A stretch of 64,000 nucleotides of DNA, taken from the NCBI GenBank assembly GCA_051251915.1, contig JBPOGF010000012.1, forward strand, positions 64,001 through 128,000, in the 5' to 3' direction. The DNA is from Akkermansiaceae bacterium. GTDB taxonomy: Bacteria; Verrucomicrobiota; Verrucomicrobiia; Verrucomicrobiales; Akkermansiaceae. Made by a program: the position numbers and the translations under genes. Below, piece by piece: positions 27,878 through 39,147 of the stretch (position 1 is the stretch's first letter; each line of letters starts with the position of its first letter). The notes below the pieces were generated by a model, which worked only from the letters and a program-made list of their open reading frames with translations, was not told the DNA's origin and did not search any database.

Positions 27878-29077
27878 ATGATATTAAATCTAGTGATCGT
27901 AGCAGTAGTCCTACTCTTAGGCAGCTACCTCGCCTTCTCCCCAAAGCTTTCTAACTCCTCCGCTTGGAATGCAACAGTGACACCTCTAGCCTCCATCATG
28001 GGAAGCGGCTTCCTAGTCAGCGCCCCTCTGCTCGGCAGCACCGTAGGCTACTACGCAGTATTCTGCATGATGATCCTATTAATAGTAGCATACGGAGTCG
28101 GATCCGTAATGCGATTTAACATCAAACATTTTGAACCCATAGCACACCAGCAAGGAATAACACAAAAGATAGCCCGCACATCACAGATCGTCCTCGCTAT
28201 CGCCTACTTCATCTCCATCACCTATTACCTCCAGCTCCTAGCCGCCTTCTCCCTCAGCGCCATTGGCACAGAGTCAGAAATCATCTCAAATATTTTAACC
28301 ACCAGCCTACTCGTATTCATCGGCAGCATAGGACTCTGGAAAGGATTAGCTGTTCTAGAATCGCTCGAGAAATACGCCGTAGCCCTAAACCTCGGCATGA
28401 TAGGAGCACTCCTCGTAGCTCTCGCCTACTACAACATCCACCTAACCACAAGCCACCAATGGCAACTTCCCAACATCGACTCAAACATCAATTTTAACGA
28501 CATCCGAGTCCTACTAGGCCTACTCATCGTGGTCCAAGGATTCGAGACATCACGCTACCTAGGAGATAAACATTCAGCCGACGAAAGAATCCGCACCATG
28601 CGAATAGCCCAAATTATTTCAAGCGCCATCTACATCATCTTCCTCGCCCTAGTCACGGTATTATTTCAGTCAGACATGTCAGGCAACGTCACCGCCATCA
28701 TCCAAATGACCACACCCATCGCCGTTATCCTCCCCATCATGCTCACCATCGCCGCCATAGGCAGCCAGTTCACCGCCGCCGTTGCGGACGATGAGGGAGC
28801 AGGAGGACTTATAGAAGAAATCACCAACAACAAAATCCCAATCCGCTACGCATATTTACTCATCCTCATAGTAACAGTCGCCATCACATGGCTAAGCAAT
28901 GTCAACTCCATCATCGCCTACGCATCACGCGCCTTCGCCCTCTACTATTTTATCCAATGTCTACTAGCCATCGTCGTCCTCAAACAAACTGGATGGCAAA
29001 TGAAACGAGGCATCCTCTTCTACCTACTCTGCTTCATCTGCCTACTCGTAGTCACCCTCGGACTCCCATCTGAGTAA
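27878..29077 (+). CDS. APC-superfamily membrane transporter
   Basis: ~12 TMs; ASIMGSGF, VQGFET. Confidence 0.75.
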   Translation: MILNLVIVAVVLLLGSYLAFSPKLSNSSAWNATVTPLASIMGSGFLVSAPLLGSTVGYYAVFCMMILLIVAYGVGSVMRFNIKHFEPIAHQQGITQKIARTSQIVLAIAYFISITYYLQLLAAFSLSAIGTESEIISNILTTSLLVFIGSIGLWKGLAVLESLEKYAVALNLGMIGALLVALAYYNIHLTTSHQWQLPNIDSNINFNDIRVLLGLLIVVQGFETSRYLGDKHSADERIRTMRIAQIISSAIYIIFLALVTVLFQSDMSGNVTAIIQMTTPIAVILPIMLTIAAIGSQFTAAVADDEGAGGLIEEITNNKIPIRYAYLLILIVTVAITWLSNVNSIIAYASRAFALYYFIQCLLAIVVLKQTGWQMKRGILFYLLCFICLLVVTLGLPSE

Positions 29078-29113
29078 ATTTCAACAACAAACGCCCCCTC
29101 CCCTAAAGAAATT

Positions 29114-29860
29114 CTACACCTCCTTCAAACCAAAGACCTCCACCTTCACCCCATGCGACATCACCGCATGCTCAAACAATCTATCAGGCCGATCAAATCC
29201 CGCCAACTCAACAGGATAGTCAGAAAACTCTTCCACAGTGACACCATGCAATGCATACGCCTCATGACTCACCCGCCCAGAAAACAACCTCTTCCTCTTC
29301 TGGTTATAAGAAAATAGATAATAGCGCTCCACCAGAAAGAACTCAAGACTACCAGGCTCTGACACCCCCAACATCTCACCCGCTGAGTATCGATATACAG
29401 ACTCCTCCTCACTACCTATTTGCATCGAGCGATAGTGCGTTTCTCCATTTGACGTTGTAGCACTCATCACAGCATCAAAATAAGGCAGATTGAAAAACTT
29501 ACGCGCCACCCTCACCGCCAGCATCTGATTCGCATCCAGCGAATAGAACCACACCCCCGGACGCCCATACTCATCATAGACATACGCCCGCACATTCATT
29601 TCTAGAAAATTAGACACCCCTGGCACAGCAGGACAATACGGAGGCCTTACCCCATTCATATAAAATGGCACCACCCCAAGGTAAGTTTTTCCATCATACG
29701 TATCGACAGCCAACCCGGGCGGTAACGTCGCCTGCACTTCGGCAGGCTCCACCTCCCAATGCAAAAACAACAACTCGCCCCATGATTGCCGCATCACCAC
29801 AGATTGATCAGCAGGACGACGCGTAGCTTTTATTCTATCCTCAAGAGACGGACACTTCAT
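29114..29860 (-). CDS. YqjF/DUF2071 family protein
   Basis: MRQSW..LLFLHW, FLEMNVRAYV, GVWFYSLDA, FLVERY. Confidence 0.9.
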   Translation of the reverse strand: MKCPSLEDRIKATRRPADQSVVMRQSWGELLFLHWEVEPAEVQATLPPGLAVDTYDGKTYLGVVPFYMNGVRPPYCPAVPGVSNFLEMNVRAYVYDEYGRPGVWFYSLDANQMLAVRVARKFFNLPYFDAVMSATTSNGETHYRSMQIGSEEESVYRYSAGEMLGVSEPGSLEFFLVERYYLFSYNQKRKRLFSGRVSHEAYALHGVTVEEFSDYPVELAGFDRPDRLFEHAVMSHGVKVEVFGLKEV

Positions 29861-30204
29861 ATCACCATCATAAGCAACAAACCCAAAATGTCTAAACTAG
29901 TTTCAATAAACTCACCCCCCCGCCAAATAAAAATCAGGCACACCCATTACCAAAATAACACAAATCACACCATTTATACGCAAAAAAAACAACCAATTGT
30001 CTATTTTTTTAAAAAATATCATGTTTATTATTAAAAAATCTTTACTTTATGAAAAAATAAATTACAAATATTTATGTAGAAGGGAAATCAGCAAGAGTAA
30101 GTAAACAAGCAAAACAGCTAAATACCTACTCCCACAGTTTTTAACTTCTTTGCAGCACGGTTGCTAAAAAGCAACCAATCACCCCCTAAGTATAAATAAT
30201 ACAT

Positions 30205-30924
30205 ATGAAAAAAATGAACACAATCATCGGGCTACTTGCGCTAAGTGGCACAGCATTCGCACAAACTGTTTCAAATGGAGATTTCGAACTGTTTTCTGAC
30301 GCAAGCGAAGGTGTAAAATACACTTCTGAATTAGCAGATGGAGTTAACTTTACAGCTACTGTTACTGACTGGAAACTAGTCAACGACATGAGCCTCTATC
30401 AGAGAACCTACATGGTGAAAGAAATCGATCCAAAAACAGGAAAAGAAACAGGAAAAGAAATCGAAACTAAAGATACCTCACTAAGAATCGGAGCCAGCGA
30501 AAAAGAGTTCGCTAATTTAGCACATCAAGGTCTTGAGTTCAAAGAAGCAGGCACCTACACAATCTCCTTTGACTCATTCATGGCTAATGAAGCTAAAACA
30601 GAGCAAACTGCAAGTATAGCACTCTATCCTGGTAGTGGTTCTGAAAGCCCATACTTTTCATCAATATTCACTGAAAAAAGTGACGGCTTCACTACTGACC
30701 AGTCATTTACCTTCACTCTCGATAAAAAGCATATCGAAGCAGCCGAGGGCAAATTCGAACTTGTCTTCAGTAACACAGGTTTTACAGAAGAAGAGATCAA
30801 AGAGGGAGCTAAAGCATACGACATGTTCGTAGACAACGTTTCTATCGCAGCCGTCCCAGAACCATCAAGCACAGCATTGCTCGGACTTGGAGCACTCGGA
30901 CTTCTAGTTCGTCGTAAGCGCTAG
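30205..30924 (+). CDS. PEP-CTERM sorting-domain protein
   Basis: Signal peptide; C-terminal VPEPSSTALLGLGALGLLVRRKR. Confidence 0.95.
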   Translation: MKKMNTIIGLLALSGTAFAQTVSNGDFELFSDASEGVKYTSELADGVNFTATVTDWKLVNDMSLYQRTYMVKEIDPKTGKETGKEIETKDTSLRIGASEKEFANLAHQGLEFKEAGTYTISFDSFMANEAKTEQTASIALYPGSGSESPYFSSIFTEKSDGFTTDQSFTFTLDKKHIEAAEGKFELVFSNTGFTEEEIKEGAKAYDMFVDNVSIAAVPEPSSTALLGLGALGLLVRRKR

Positions 30925-30962
30925 TCAGCTAGTCTTAATACAATACTAAGATTCATATCTAT

Positions 30963-30999
30963 ACCCCACTCTGACAAGTTCAGAGTGGGGTTCTTTTTT
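30963..30999 (+). terminator. Intrinsic terminator
   Basis: ACCCCACTCTGA/TCAGAGTGGGGT + TCTTTTTT. Confidence 0.9.
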
Positions 31000-31059
31000 A
31001 CCACTTCAACCTCCCCCCCCTCTACACCTGGAATAGGAGAAACTTCATCACCCTCAGCA

Positions 31060-31087
31060 TTGACAAACCAGATGATCGCATTAACGT
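31060..31087 (+). promoter_or_regulatory. Putative sigma70 promoter of dapF
   Basis: TTGACA-16 bp-TAACGT. Confidence 0.6.
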
Positions 31088-31123
31088 GCAAAAACTTACC
31101 TCTAACACATCACATCAACCAAT

Positions 31124-31936
31124 ATGTTACTCCATTTCTACAAAATGAACGGTGCCGGCAACGACTTCGTAGTCATCGATAATCGCAACCTCTCCATCAA
31201 TCTCGATAAAGACACCATCGAAGCAATCTGTGACAGACATCGTGGCATCGGCGCTGACGGCCTTCTCGCTGTAGAACCCGCCCAACATGGAGCAGATTAC
31301 AGATTCCGCTATTATAATGCAGACGGCGGAGAAGCTGAAATGTGCGGCAACGGCGCCCGCTGCTTCGGCAGATTCACAGCCCACCTCGGTGACGAAGTCA
31401 AAGACATCGTAACCTTCGAAACCATCGCCGGAACCCTAAGCGCTGAAATGATCGGCGAAAACGTCCGCATCGCAATGTCAGACCCATTCGACCTAGACCT
31501 CAGCACAAACTGCAACATAGACTCACTCGGAACAGACATCCATGTTCTCAACACCGGCGTCCCTCACACCGTCGCATTCATCGATGACCTCCCTAATCTA
31601 GACGTCGTCAAAAACGGCGCCGCCATCCGCTATCACGAAAGGTTCGCACCCAGCGGCACCAACGCAAACTTCGCTAAAGTCCTCGCACCAGATCACATCG
31701 CCATCCGCACATACGAGCGCGGTGTAGAAGGTGAAACCCTAGCATGCGGCACAGGCATGTGCGCAGCTGCACTCATCCATAACCTCCTTACCGACGCTCC
31801 ATCACCAGTAAAAGTAGACGTAGCTGGAGGAGACACCTTAGAAATCGGCTTCGAGCGCACCGGCGAGAACACCTTCACCAACGTAACACTCAGCGGCCCA
31901 GCTGACTTCGTTTTTGAAGGCGACATCGAGATCTAA
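31124..31936 (+). CDS. dapF: Diaminopimelate epimerase
   Basis: KMNGAGNDF, EMCGNGARC, GVPH, ERGVEGETLACGTG. Confidence 0.97.
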   Translation: MLLHFYKMNGAGNDFVVIDNRNLSINLDKDTIEAICDRHRGIGADGLLAVEPAQHGADYRFRYYNADGGEAEMCGNGARCFGRFTAHLGDEVKDIVTFETIAGTLSAEMIGENVRIAMSDPFDLDLSTNCNIDSLGTDIHVLNTGVPHTVAFIDDLPNLDVVKNGAAIRYHERFAPSGTNANFAKVLAPDHIAIRTYERGVEGETLACGTGMCAAALIHNLLTDAPSPVKVDVAGGDTLEIGFERTGENTFTNVTLSGPADFVFEGDIEI

Positions 31937-32037
31937 TTCTCTAAAATATATCCGACAGCGCGCTAAATCACTACATTTCTATTTAACACGAAATAGGATT
32001 TACAAAGCGCGCTGTTTCTGGCATCCCATCCCGCACT

Positions 32038-34713
32038 ATGTCAGAGCTACCTAAAGCATACGAGCCACAGGCTGTTGAAAAACAGTGGTACGAAAAATGG
32101 ACAACCAACGGTTGTTTCCACGCAGATGAAAATTCCTCCAAAGAAGGATACTCCATCGTCATACCACCACCAAACGTCACCGGCATCCTCCACATCGGCC
32201 ATGTTTTAAATAACTCCATCCAAGACATCCTCGCTCGCCGTGCACGCCAGCAAGGAAAAGAAGTCCTCTGGCTCCCAGGCACAGATCACGCCGGCATCGC
32301 CACTCAGACCAAGGTAGAGAAAAAAGTCCGCGAAGAAGAAGGAACATCACGCCGCGAACTCGGACGTGAAGAATTCCTCAAACGCGTATGGGACTGGAAA
32401 GAAGACCACGGCGGCATCATCATCAACCAACTCAAACGCCTAGGCTGCTCATGCGACTGGGACCGTGAGCGCTTCACCATGGACGAAGGATACTCAGAAT
32501 GGGTAGCCAAAGTATTCGTAGACCTCTTCAACGAAGGCATGATCTACCGTGGAAAACGCATGGTCAACTGGTGCCCAGTATCCCTCACAGCACTCTCTGA
32601 CGAAGAAGTAATCGCCAAACCACAAAACTCAAAACTCTTCTTCATGAAATACGAGTTCGTCGACGCACCAGGCGAGTTCCTAGAAATCTCCACCACCCGC
32701 CCAGAGACCCTCATGGGCGACATCGCCGTAGCCGTAAATCCTAAAGATGAACGCTTCGCAAAACACGTCGGCAGAAAAGTAAGACGCCCATTCCCTGAAG
32801 CAGATATCCCAGTCATCGCAGACGAACACGTAGATATCGAATTCGGAACAGGTGCCCTAAAAATCACCCCAGCACACGACAAAGCAGATTTCGAGATCGG
32901 CCAACGCCATAACCTAGAAATCATCGACGTCCTCCACCCAGACGGAACCATCAACTGCCCAGAACTCCCAGAACTCGACGGCCTAGACCGCTTCGTTGCT
33001 CGCCGCAAAGCAGCCGCCATGCTTGAAGAAAAAGGACTCCTCATCAAAGTAGAACAACACGAAAACTCCGTCGGCTACTCAGAGCGCGCAGACGTCCCCG
33101 TAGAACCACGCATCTCCATGCAATGGTTCCTAAAATACCCGTGCACAGAAGAAACCACAGACGCCGTCCTCAACGGCGACATCAAATACCGCCCAGAACG
33201 CTGGGTCAAAACCCACTCCAACTGGATGCAAAACATCCAAGACTGGTGCATCAGCCGCCAACTCTGGTGGGGCCACCAAATCCCAGTCTGGTATAAAAAA
33301 GACAAAGTCTTCGACCTCAAAGAAGCAGAATCCCTAGACTCAAGCGACCTCTCAGCAGGCGACATCTACGTAGGCACCACCCCACCCTCTGATGAAGAAA
33401 ACTGGGAACGCGACGAAGACGTCATGGACACCTGGTTCAGCTCATGGCTCTGGCCATTCGCCACTATGGATGACGCCACAAGAGACAAATTCTACCCAAC
33501 TGCTGACCTAGTCACAGGCCCAGACATCATCTTCTTCTGGGTCGCCCGCATGATCATGGCTGGCTACAAATTCGCAGACGGACTACCATTCAAAAACGTA
33601 TTCTTCACCTCCATCGTGAGAGATGAAAAAGGACGCAAAATGTCCAAGTCACTAGGTAACTCCCCAGACCCCATCGAACTCATGGACAAGTTCGGTGCAG
33701 ACGGACTACGCTTCGGACTCATGAGAATCGCCCCCACAGGAACCGATATCAAATTCAACGAAGACACCATCTCAGAAGGCAGAAACTTCGCCAATAAACT
33801 CTACAACGCCTGCCGCTTCAGACAAATGCAAGGCACAGAGTCTATCAAACTAGAGTCATTTGAGAAACTAGATCCGCACCACGTAGACATCCTAGCCAAG
33901 CTAGACCAGCTATCTATCAACCTCGATAAAGCCTACACAAGCTACCGCTTCAATGACGTAACCGGCCACCTCTACGAGTTCTTCTGGACCGAATACTGTG
34001 ACAAGTTCCTAGAAGCCATCAAATTTGATTTCAGATCAAATGACGACAACGCAAAAGCACGCACCCTAGCAGTCATCGACACCGTCCTAGCACGCTACCT
34101 AGCACACCTCCACCCACTCATGCCACACATCACCGAGGAACTCTCCGCCAAAATGGGCTACACCTCAGAAGGCGAATTCCTCATGAGCAACGTGATAGAT
34201 AACACCCCAGTCCTAGCAAGCATGTCAGCATCAGACATCCAGGCCTATTCTAACCAAGCAGCAGCCGTCTACTCCACAGCCAGCAACCTCAGAAACCTCA
34301 AGTCAGAATACAATCTTGCAGCTAGCAAAGATGTTAAATTTGTCGTCAAGCCCATCAGCGGACAAGACTGGATAGCTGGCCAGTGTGACACACTCATCAC
34401 CCTAGTTGGCGCCAAAGGAATGGAACTGGACGCCACCTACGATGCCCCACAAGGCACCCCCGCAGCAGTCACTGCCATCGGTGAAATCTACATGCCACTA
34501 GACGGACTCATCGACCTCGATGCCGAGAAAAACCGTCTCGACAAAGAAATCGAAAAAGTCTCCCAAGAGGTCATGCGCGCTGGTAAAAAACTCGGCAACG
34601 AGAAATTCGTCGCCAACGCCAAACCAGAAGTCGTTCAAAAAGAGAAAGACCGCCTCGCTGAATGGGAGAACAAACTAGCCCAACTTAAGGAAATGCGCGC
34701 AGCTCTGAGCTAG
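32038..34713 (+). CDS. valS: Valine--tRNA ligase
   Basis: PPPNVTG.LHIGH, DWCISRQLWWGH, KMSKS, C-terminal coiled coil. Confidence 0.98.
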   Translation: MSELPKAYEPQAVEKQWYEKWTTNGCFHADENSSKEGYSIVIPPPNVTGILHIGHVLNNSIQDILARRARQQGKEVLWLPGTDHAGIATQTKVEKKVREEEGTSRRELGREEFLKRVWDWKEDHGGIIINQLKRLGCSCDWDRERFTMDEGYSEWVAKVFVDLFNEGMIYRGKRMVNWCPVSLTALSDEEVIAKPQNSKLFFMKYEFVDAPGEFLEISTTRPETLMGDIAVAVNPKDERFAKHVGRKVRRPFPEADIPVIADEHVDIEFGTGALKITPAHDKADFEIGQRHNLEIIDVLHPDGTINCPELPELDGLDRFVARRKAAAMLEEKGLLIKVEQHENSVGYSERADVPVEPRISMQWFLKYPCTEETTDAVLNGDIKYRPERWVKTHSNWMQNIQDWCISRQLWWGHQIPVWYKKDKVFDLKEAESLDSSDLSAGDIYVGTTPPSDEENWERDEDVMDTWFSSWLWPFATMDDATRDKFYPTADLVTGPDIIFFWVARMIMAGYKFADGLPFKNVFFTSIVRDEKGRKMSKSLGNSPDPIELMDKFGADGLRFGLMRIAPTGTDIKFNEDTISEGRNFANKLYNACRFRQMQGTESIKLESFEKLDPHHVDILAKLDQLSINLDKAYTSYRFNDVTGHLYEFFWTEYCDKFLEAIKFDFRSNDDNAKARTLAVIDTVLARYLAHLHPLMPHITEELSAKMGYTSEGEFLMSNVIDNTPVLASMSASDIQAYSNQAAAVYSTASNLRNLKSEYNLAASKDVKFVVKPISGQDWIAGQCDTLITLVGAKGMELDATYDAPQGTPAAVTAIGEIYMPLDGLIDLDAEKNRLDKEIEKVSQEVMRAGKKLGNEKFVANAKPEVVQKEKDRLAEWENKLAQLKEMRAALS

Positions 34714-34814
34714 CCTCAGGCTCAGATCACTTTAATGCTTGCCGACTCCCTCTGCCTCCCTCTAGCATCTCGTATTCTCTTGTTTGACTAACTCAAAAAC
34801 AGTAAATCATCACT

Positions 34815-35867
34815 ATGTCCATGAAACCCATTCACGATATTGAAAACATGCAGCCAGAAGCTATCGAGCTACTCGAAGCTGCAGGATACGTGGACGCAAA
34901 AACTATCTTTAATCATCCTATCGCAGACATCACCACTGAACTCATCAAGGCGAATAACGTGCTCGACATCATCGACACTGAGCCCAGTAGAGCAATGGTC
35001 GCACAATGGCTCAAACCAATTGAACTGCAACTCGGGAAGAAAATCAATGATAGCGCACCAGAAATAGACCCCAGTTTACTCATTGAGCCAAAAGAAATAC
35101 TCAACACCCCTTTTGCTGTCCCTTTGTCAGAAAACTTTATTAAAGAACATCATATCGACCTAGCTGAATTACCCAGCGGCACAGTGCGCTTTCTAAATAA
35201 AGAACAAGCTTTGCGCCACTACGACGAAGAAGAATCTATTCCAGTTAACTACAACGTCGTATCTGAACAACCTTCTAGTAAAGTTGCTGAGCCAGAAAAA
35301 ACAGGCCTCTTTGATGACCCAGTCTTCACCTCCAAAGAGTCACCAATCCTCGACAAAAATCGCATCCTAAAAATGGAGACCTTCAAGCAAGAAGGAAGCT
35401 CAGTCGCATCTCTAGACAGAGACAATGGCATCAACCTCACAAAAACCACCAGAAAAGAGACGAACGAAGGTGTAAGCCCTGATTCTAAATTCTACATTAA
35501 AGGTGTTCTCCACAAAAATACCTCTAGATTCAAGTCTGGCTGCCACTCATTTTTATTAGTGAATTTTATGATTCTCCTTTCTTTTGCCATCACATCACTA
35601 GTCCTCATAGACAGAGATCAATATTGGTGGGCAGTCTGGGCTCCGCTGTTAGGCATCTTAGCCATTTTTATATACTTCACAGCTGCACAACAAGCATCTT
35701 GCCCTATTTGCAACCAAAAGCAATTTGCTCCCAAAAGATGTCTGAAGCACAAAAGCGCTCACCGCTGGCCAATCTTTGGCTACATGCTACCCACGGCATT
35801 CCACGCAATCGTATTTAAATGGTTCCGGTGCATCTTCTGCGGCACCTCTGTTAGACTAAAAGAATAG
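34815..35867 (+). CDS. Membrane protein: N-terminal DUF4332-like domain, 2 TMs, C-terminal Cys/His cluster
   Basis: ELLEAAGY...W motif; CPIC...CLKH...CIFC. Confidence 0.65.
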   Translation: MSMKPIHDIENMQPEAIELLEAAGYVDAKTIFNHPIADITTELIKANNVLDIIDTEPSRAMVAQWLKPIELQLGKKINDSAPEIDPSLLIEPKEILNTPFAVPLSENFIKEHHIDLAELPSGTVRFLNKEQALRHYDEEESIPVNYNVVSEQPSSKVAEPEKTGLFDDPVFTSKESPILDKNRILKMETFKQEGSSVASLDRDNGINLTKTTRKETNEGVSPDSKFYIKGVLHKNTSRFKSGCHSFLLVNFMILLSFAITSLVLIDRDQYWWAVWAPLLGILAIFIYFTAAQQASCPICNQKQFAPKRCLKHKSAHRWPIFGYMLPTAFHAIVFKWFRCIFCGTSVRLKE

Positions 35868-35940
35868 TTTCAAAAAAGAACTCACAATTGAGGTCGTTTT
35901 GCGTTGCTATATCCACTTAGGTAGATGATAGTAACTAACA

Positions 35941-37524
35941 ATGACGGATGTTTTTGACCAGCAAACTCTAGAACTAACCCTCAAGGCCTCTAATGAAGGA
36001 ATCTGGGATTGGGATGTAGGCAGTGGTGAGATTTTTTACTCCGACAGGATCATCGATTTCTTAGGATACGAGAAATCCTCAACCCCTAATATCATGGCTC
36101 ATCCAGAGGAGATAGTTCATGATGATAGCTTTGAATATTTTCATGAGGTCCTATCCCTAACATTGCAAGACCCTGATGCAGAGCATCTAGGAATCGACTG
36201 CAAAATCCGCAGACCAGATGGCAAGTCCCGCTGGATCCGTATCCGAGGAATTGTCATCAGAGAGTCAGGTGAAGCCGTCAGAATAGCCGGCTCAATGATA
36301 GATATTTCAAAAAGAAAATTCGCGGAAGAAATGGTTGCAGAAGAACAAAACATGCTCCGCCTCATCATCGACAACATCCCCCTCCAAGTTTACTTCAAAG
36401 ACACCAACTCATGCTACACACTCGTCAACCAACGACAGGTCGACTGGCTAGGGAAAAAAAATACCAATGAAGTTCTCGGCAAATCAGGCGAGATCTTCTT
36501 CTCTCCAGAAAGCTGGCACGCCACCAGACAAGAAGAACTTAGAATCATGAAGACTGGCAAATCTGTGATCGATGTCATTCAGCGAGAAAAATGGCCACAC
36601 AAGCCAGACTCCTATGTCCAAAAAGTAAAACACCCCTGGTACGATAGCTCAGGCGAACTACTGGGAACCTACGGGATTTCATGCGATGTCACCAGCCTCA
36701 TCCAAGCCAAGAAAAAACTAGAAAACCTAGCCATCAGCCTCCAACAGCAAAACAAAAGCTACCAAGAAGAACTGATGCTTGCCACCGAGATCCAACGTGC
36801 TATCTTGCCTGAGAATGCCCCAGACTGGGATGCCACACTTGCCAAATGGCTAGACAGGGTCCAGATCAAAACACTATATTCTCCAGCCTCAGAACTCGCA
36901 GGCGACTTCTACGACACTATCGCCGTCTCTAAGAAAAAAATCGGCTTCCTCATCATCGACGTGATGGGCCACGGAGTCCGCTCTGCGATTATCGTATCAT
37001 TGATTAGAGGACTCATGGAACAAGCCGAGCACCTAGCATCAGAACCAGCCCGCTATCTAGAAGAAATCAATGAAGGCCTCACAGCCATCCTACAGAAAGC
37101 TTCTATCACCCTCTTCGCATCAGCTTGCTACACATTACTAGATTTCAACTCTAACAAAATTACCATTGCCAGCGCTGGCCACGATTTCCCATTGATCGAA
37201 TTCAACACCGACGCGCCTACCGACGACAAAACTCAGGGAAAGAAAGGCTCAGCCCTTGGAATATGTGAAGGAGCACATTACCCAGAGACCATCTACCCTA
37301 TGGCAGATATAAAAAGCATGCTACTCTACACAGACGGCATCTATGAAGCGTCTAACAATAAAGATGAAGACTGGGGCATAGAAAAGTTACAACAAGCCTT
37401 CACCAACGCACAAACCAAACAACCTTCATCAACTCCATACCATATCTATGGTGAAGCCGCCAGATGGATGGGACACACCCAATTCCAAGATGACGTCTGC
37501 TTACTCCATTTAGAAATAGTCTAA
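35941..37524 (+). CDS. PAS-PAS-SpoIIE (PP2C) phosphatase, paralogue 1
   Basis: EGIWDWD PAS, YFKD PAS, GDFY, DVMGHG, SAGH, YTDG, DDVC. Confidence 0.92.
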   Translation: MTDVFDQQTLELTLKASNEGIWDWDVGSGEIFYSDRIIDFLGYEKSSTPNIMAHPEEIVHDDSFEYFHEVLSLTLQDPDAEHLGIDCKIRRPDGKSRWIRIRGIVIRESGEAVRIAGSMIDISKRKFAEEMVAEEQNMLRLIIDNIPLQVYFKDTNSCYTLVNQRQVDWLGKKNTNEVLGKSGEIFFSPESWHATRQEELRIMKTGKSVIDVIQREKWPHKPDSYVQKVKHPWYDSSGELLGTYGISCDVTSLIQAKKKLENLAISLQQQNKSYQEELMLATEIQRAILPENAPDWDATLAKWLDRVQIKTLYSPASELAGDFYDTIAVSKKKIGFLIIDVMGHGVRSAIIVSLIRGLMEQAEHLASEPARYLEEINEGLTAILQKASITLFASACYTLLDFNSNKITIASAGHDFPLIEFNTDAPTDDKTQGKKGSALGICEGAHYPETIYPMADIKSMLLYTDGIYEASNNKDEDWGIEKLQQAFTNAQTKQPSSTPYHIYGEAARWMGHTQFQDDVCLLHLEIV

Positions 37525-37533
37525 CAACTCCCC

Positions 37534-39129
37534 ATGAGCACACCTGAAATAAACCGTTTAGAACTAGCCCTCAAAGCATCCAACGAAGGCATCTGGAAAT
37601 GGAATCTGTTAGAAGATAAAATCCACTACTCCTCATTACTCCTCGAGTTCATGGGAGTTACAAACCAAGAGCAAGCTCTACATCTGTTCAAGGACATCGA
37701 TAAACTTTATCACCCAGCAGACACAGTCAAACTCAAGGCAAAACTAAAGGCATTCATGAAAACCACCGGCAGACAAACCTTCGGTGCGGACTGCCGCTAC
37801 CAACACCCTGACGGCTCTCCGCGTTGGTTCAGGATTCGCGGAGCCAGCCAGAGAGATAGCTCCGGCACCCCAACACTCATTGCAGGATCAGTAATCGATA
37901 TCACTAAACGCAAACGCGTTGAACTGCTACTAGCAGAAGAAAAGCACCTACTAAACTTACTCGCCGAATCGATCCCAGTAAATATTTACTTCAAAAACAA
38001 AGACTCCAAATTCGTGATGGCTAACACTGCCACCTCAGAAAAAATGGGCCTCTCAAAGGCAAAAGACATCATAGGCAAAAGCGACCACGACTTCTTTGAC
38101 GCCAGACATGCTGACAAGTCACTCAAAGATGAAGTCACCATCATGGAATCTATGGAAAAACTCAATGGCACCCTAGAAAAAGAGATTTGGGACGGCGATG
38201 AAGAGACTTGGTGCATCACCAGCAAGTACCCTTGGCTTGATCACAATGGTAAAATTAAAGGCACCTTTGGAGTCACCAATGACGTTTCAGACATCGTGAA
38301 AACCCAGACCCGTCTCGTTGAGGTAGCCCAGACCTACAAGGATAGAAATGATATATACAAAGAAGAATTAAAACTCGCATCCGAAGTCCAGCAGGCAATC
38401 CTAGCAAAGAAAATCCCATCGCTCCCCACTGATCTGACCAACAAGATCAACAGCAAGTACATCGCTGACTTCGCTGTCACCCACATCCCGATGCACGGCT
38501 TAGCTGGAGACTTTTACGAGGCTATCCCTATATCAGAAACCAAAATGGGGATCTTACTCTGTGATGTTATGGGCCACGGAGTTCGCGCCTCACTCATTGT
38601 CGCCATGATTCGTGGCCTCATTTCCAAAGAGCAAGAATCAGCAGCCTCTCCAGAAAAATTCCTATCATGCCTAAACCATGGACTTTGCCATATCCTATTC
38701 AAAGCCGGCATCACCATGTTCTCCACCGCCATTTACTGCGTCATCGATGTTAGCGCTGGATCACTCACCATGGCCTGCGCTGGCCACCCCCTACCAATTC
38801 TAAAAAGAAACTCACATTATAAACTACTAGACGCAAAAACAATTCAAACAGGCACCGCTTTAGGCCTAGTTTCCGAAAGCGAGTATGAATCCACCACCAT
38901 CCCTCTCGATGACCTAGAAGAAGTCATCTTCTACACGGATGGCATCTACGAAGTCGTAAACGCCGAGGAAGAAGAGCTAGGAATGACAAAGCTGATCGAC
39001 ACCATGAACAACACCCGAGACCCGAAAGAATCCTCGATCCATAATCTCAGCCGAATTGCTAAAGAACACTCTCACGACAAGCAATACAACGATGATGTCT
39101 GCCTGTTAAGTGTACAAATCCAGCGCTAG
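37534..39129 (+). CDS. PAS-PAS-SpoIIE (PP2C) phosphatase, paralogue 2
   Basis: Same architecture and catalytic motifs as neighbour. Confidence 0.92.
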   Translation: MSTPEINRLELALKASNEGIWKWNLLEDKIHYSSLLLEFMGVTNQEQALHLFKDIDKLYHPADTVKLKAKLKAFMKTTGRQTFGADCRYQHPDGSPRWFRIRGASQRDSSGTPTLIAGSVIDITKRKRVELLLAEEKHLLNLLAESIPVNIYFKNKDSKFVMANTATSEKMGLSKAKDIIGKSDHDFFDARHADKSLKDEVTIMESMEKLNGTLEKEIWDGDEETWCITSKYPWLDHNGKIKGTFGVTNDVSDIVKTQTRLVEVAQTYKDRNDIYKEELKLASEVQQAILAKKIPSLPTDLTNKINSKYIADFAVTHIPMHGLAGDFYEAIPISETKMGILLCDVMGHGVRASLIVAMIRGLISKEQESAASPEKFLSCLNHGLCHILFKAGITMFSTAIYCVIDVSAGSLTMACAGHPLPILKRNSHYKLLDAKTIQTGTALGLVSESEYESTTIPLDDLEEVIFYTDGIYEVVNAEEEELGMTKLIDTMNNTRDPKESSIHNLSRIAKEHSHDKQYNDDVCLLSVQIQR

Positions 39130-39147
39130 CCTCAATCACTCACCGGC

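Noticed and set aside
30080..30180. c-di-GMP-I riboswitch upstream of the PEP-CTERM gene
   Set aside because: GCAAAAC and GTTGC fragments are present but the P1 GAAA tetraloop and P2 pairing cannot be built; only a short GGTTGCT/AGCAACC hairpin is clear
31127..33794. Long antisense ORFs over dapF and valS (and similar shadows over purU, ddpX, tuf, cox genes)
   Set aside because: By-products of codon bias and strand skew on the opposite strand of well-supported genes
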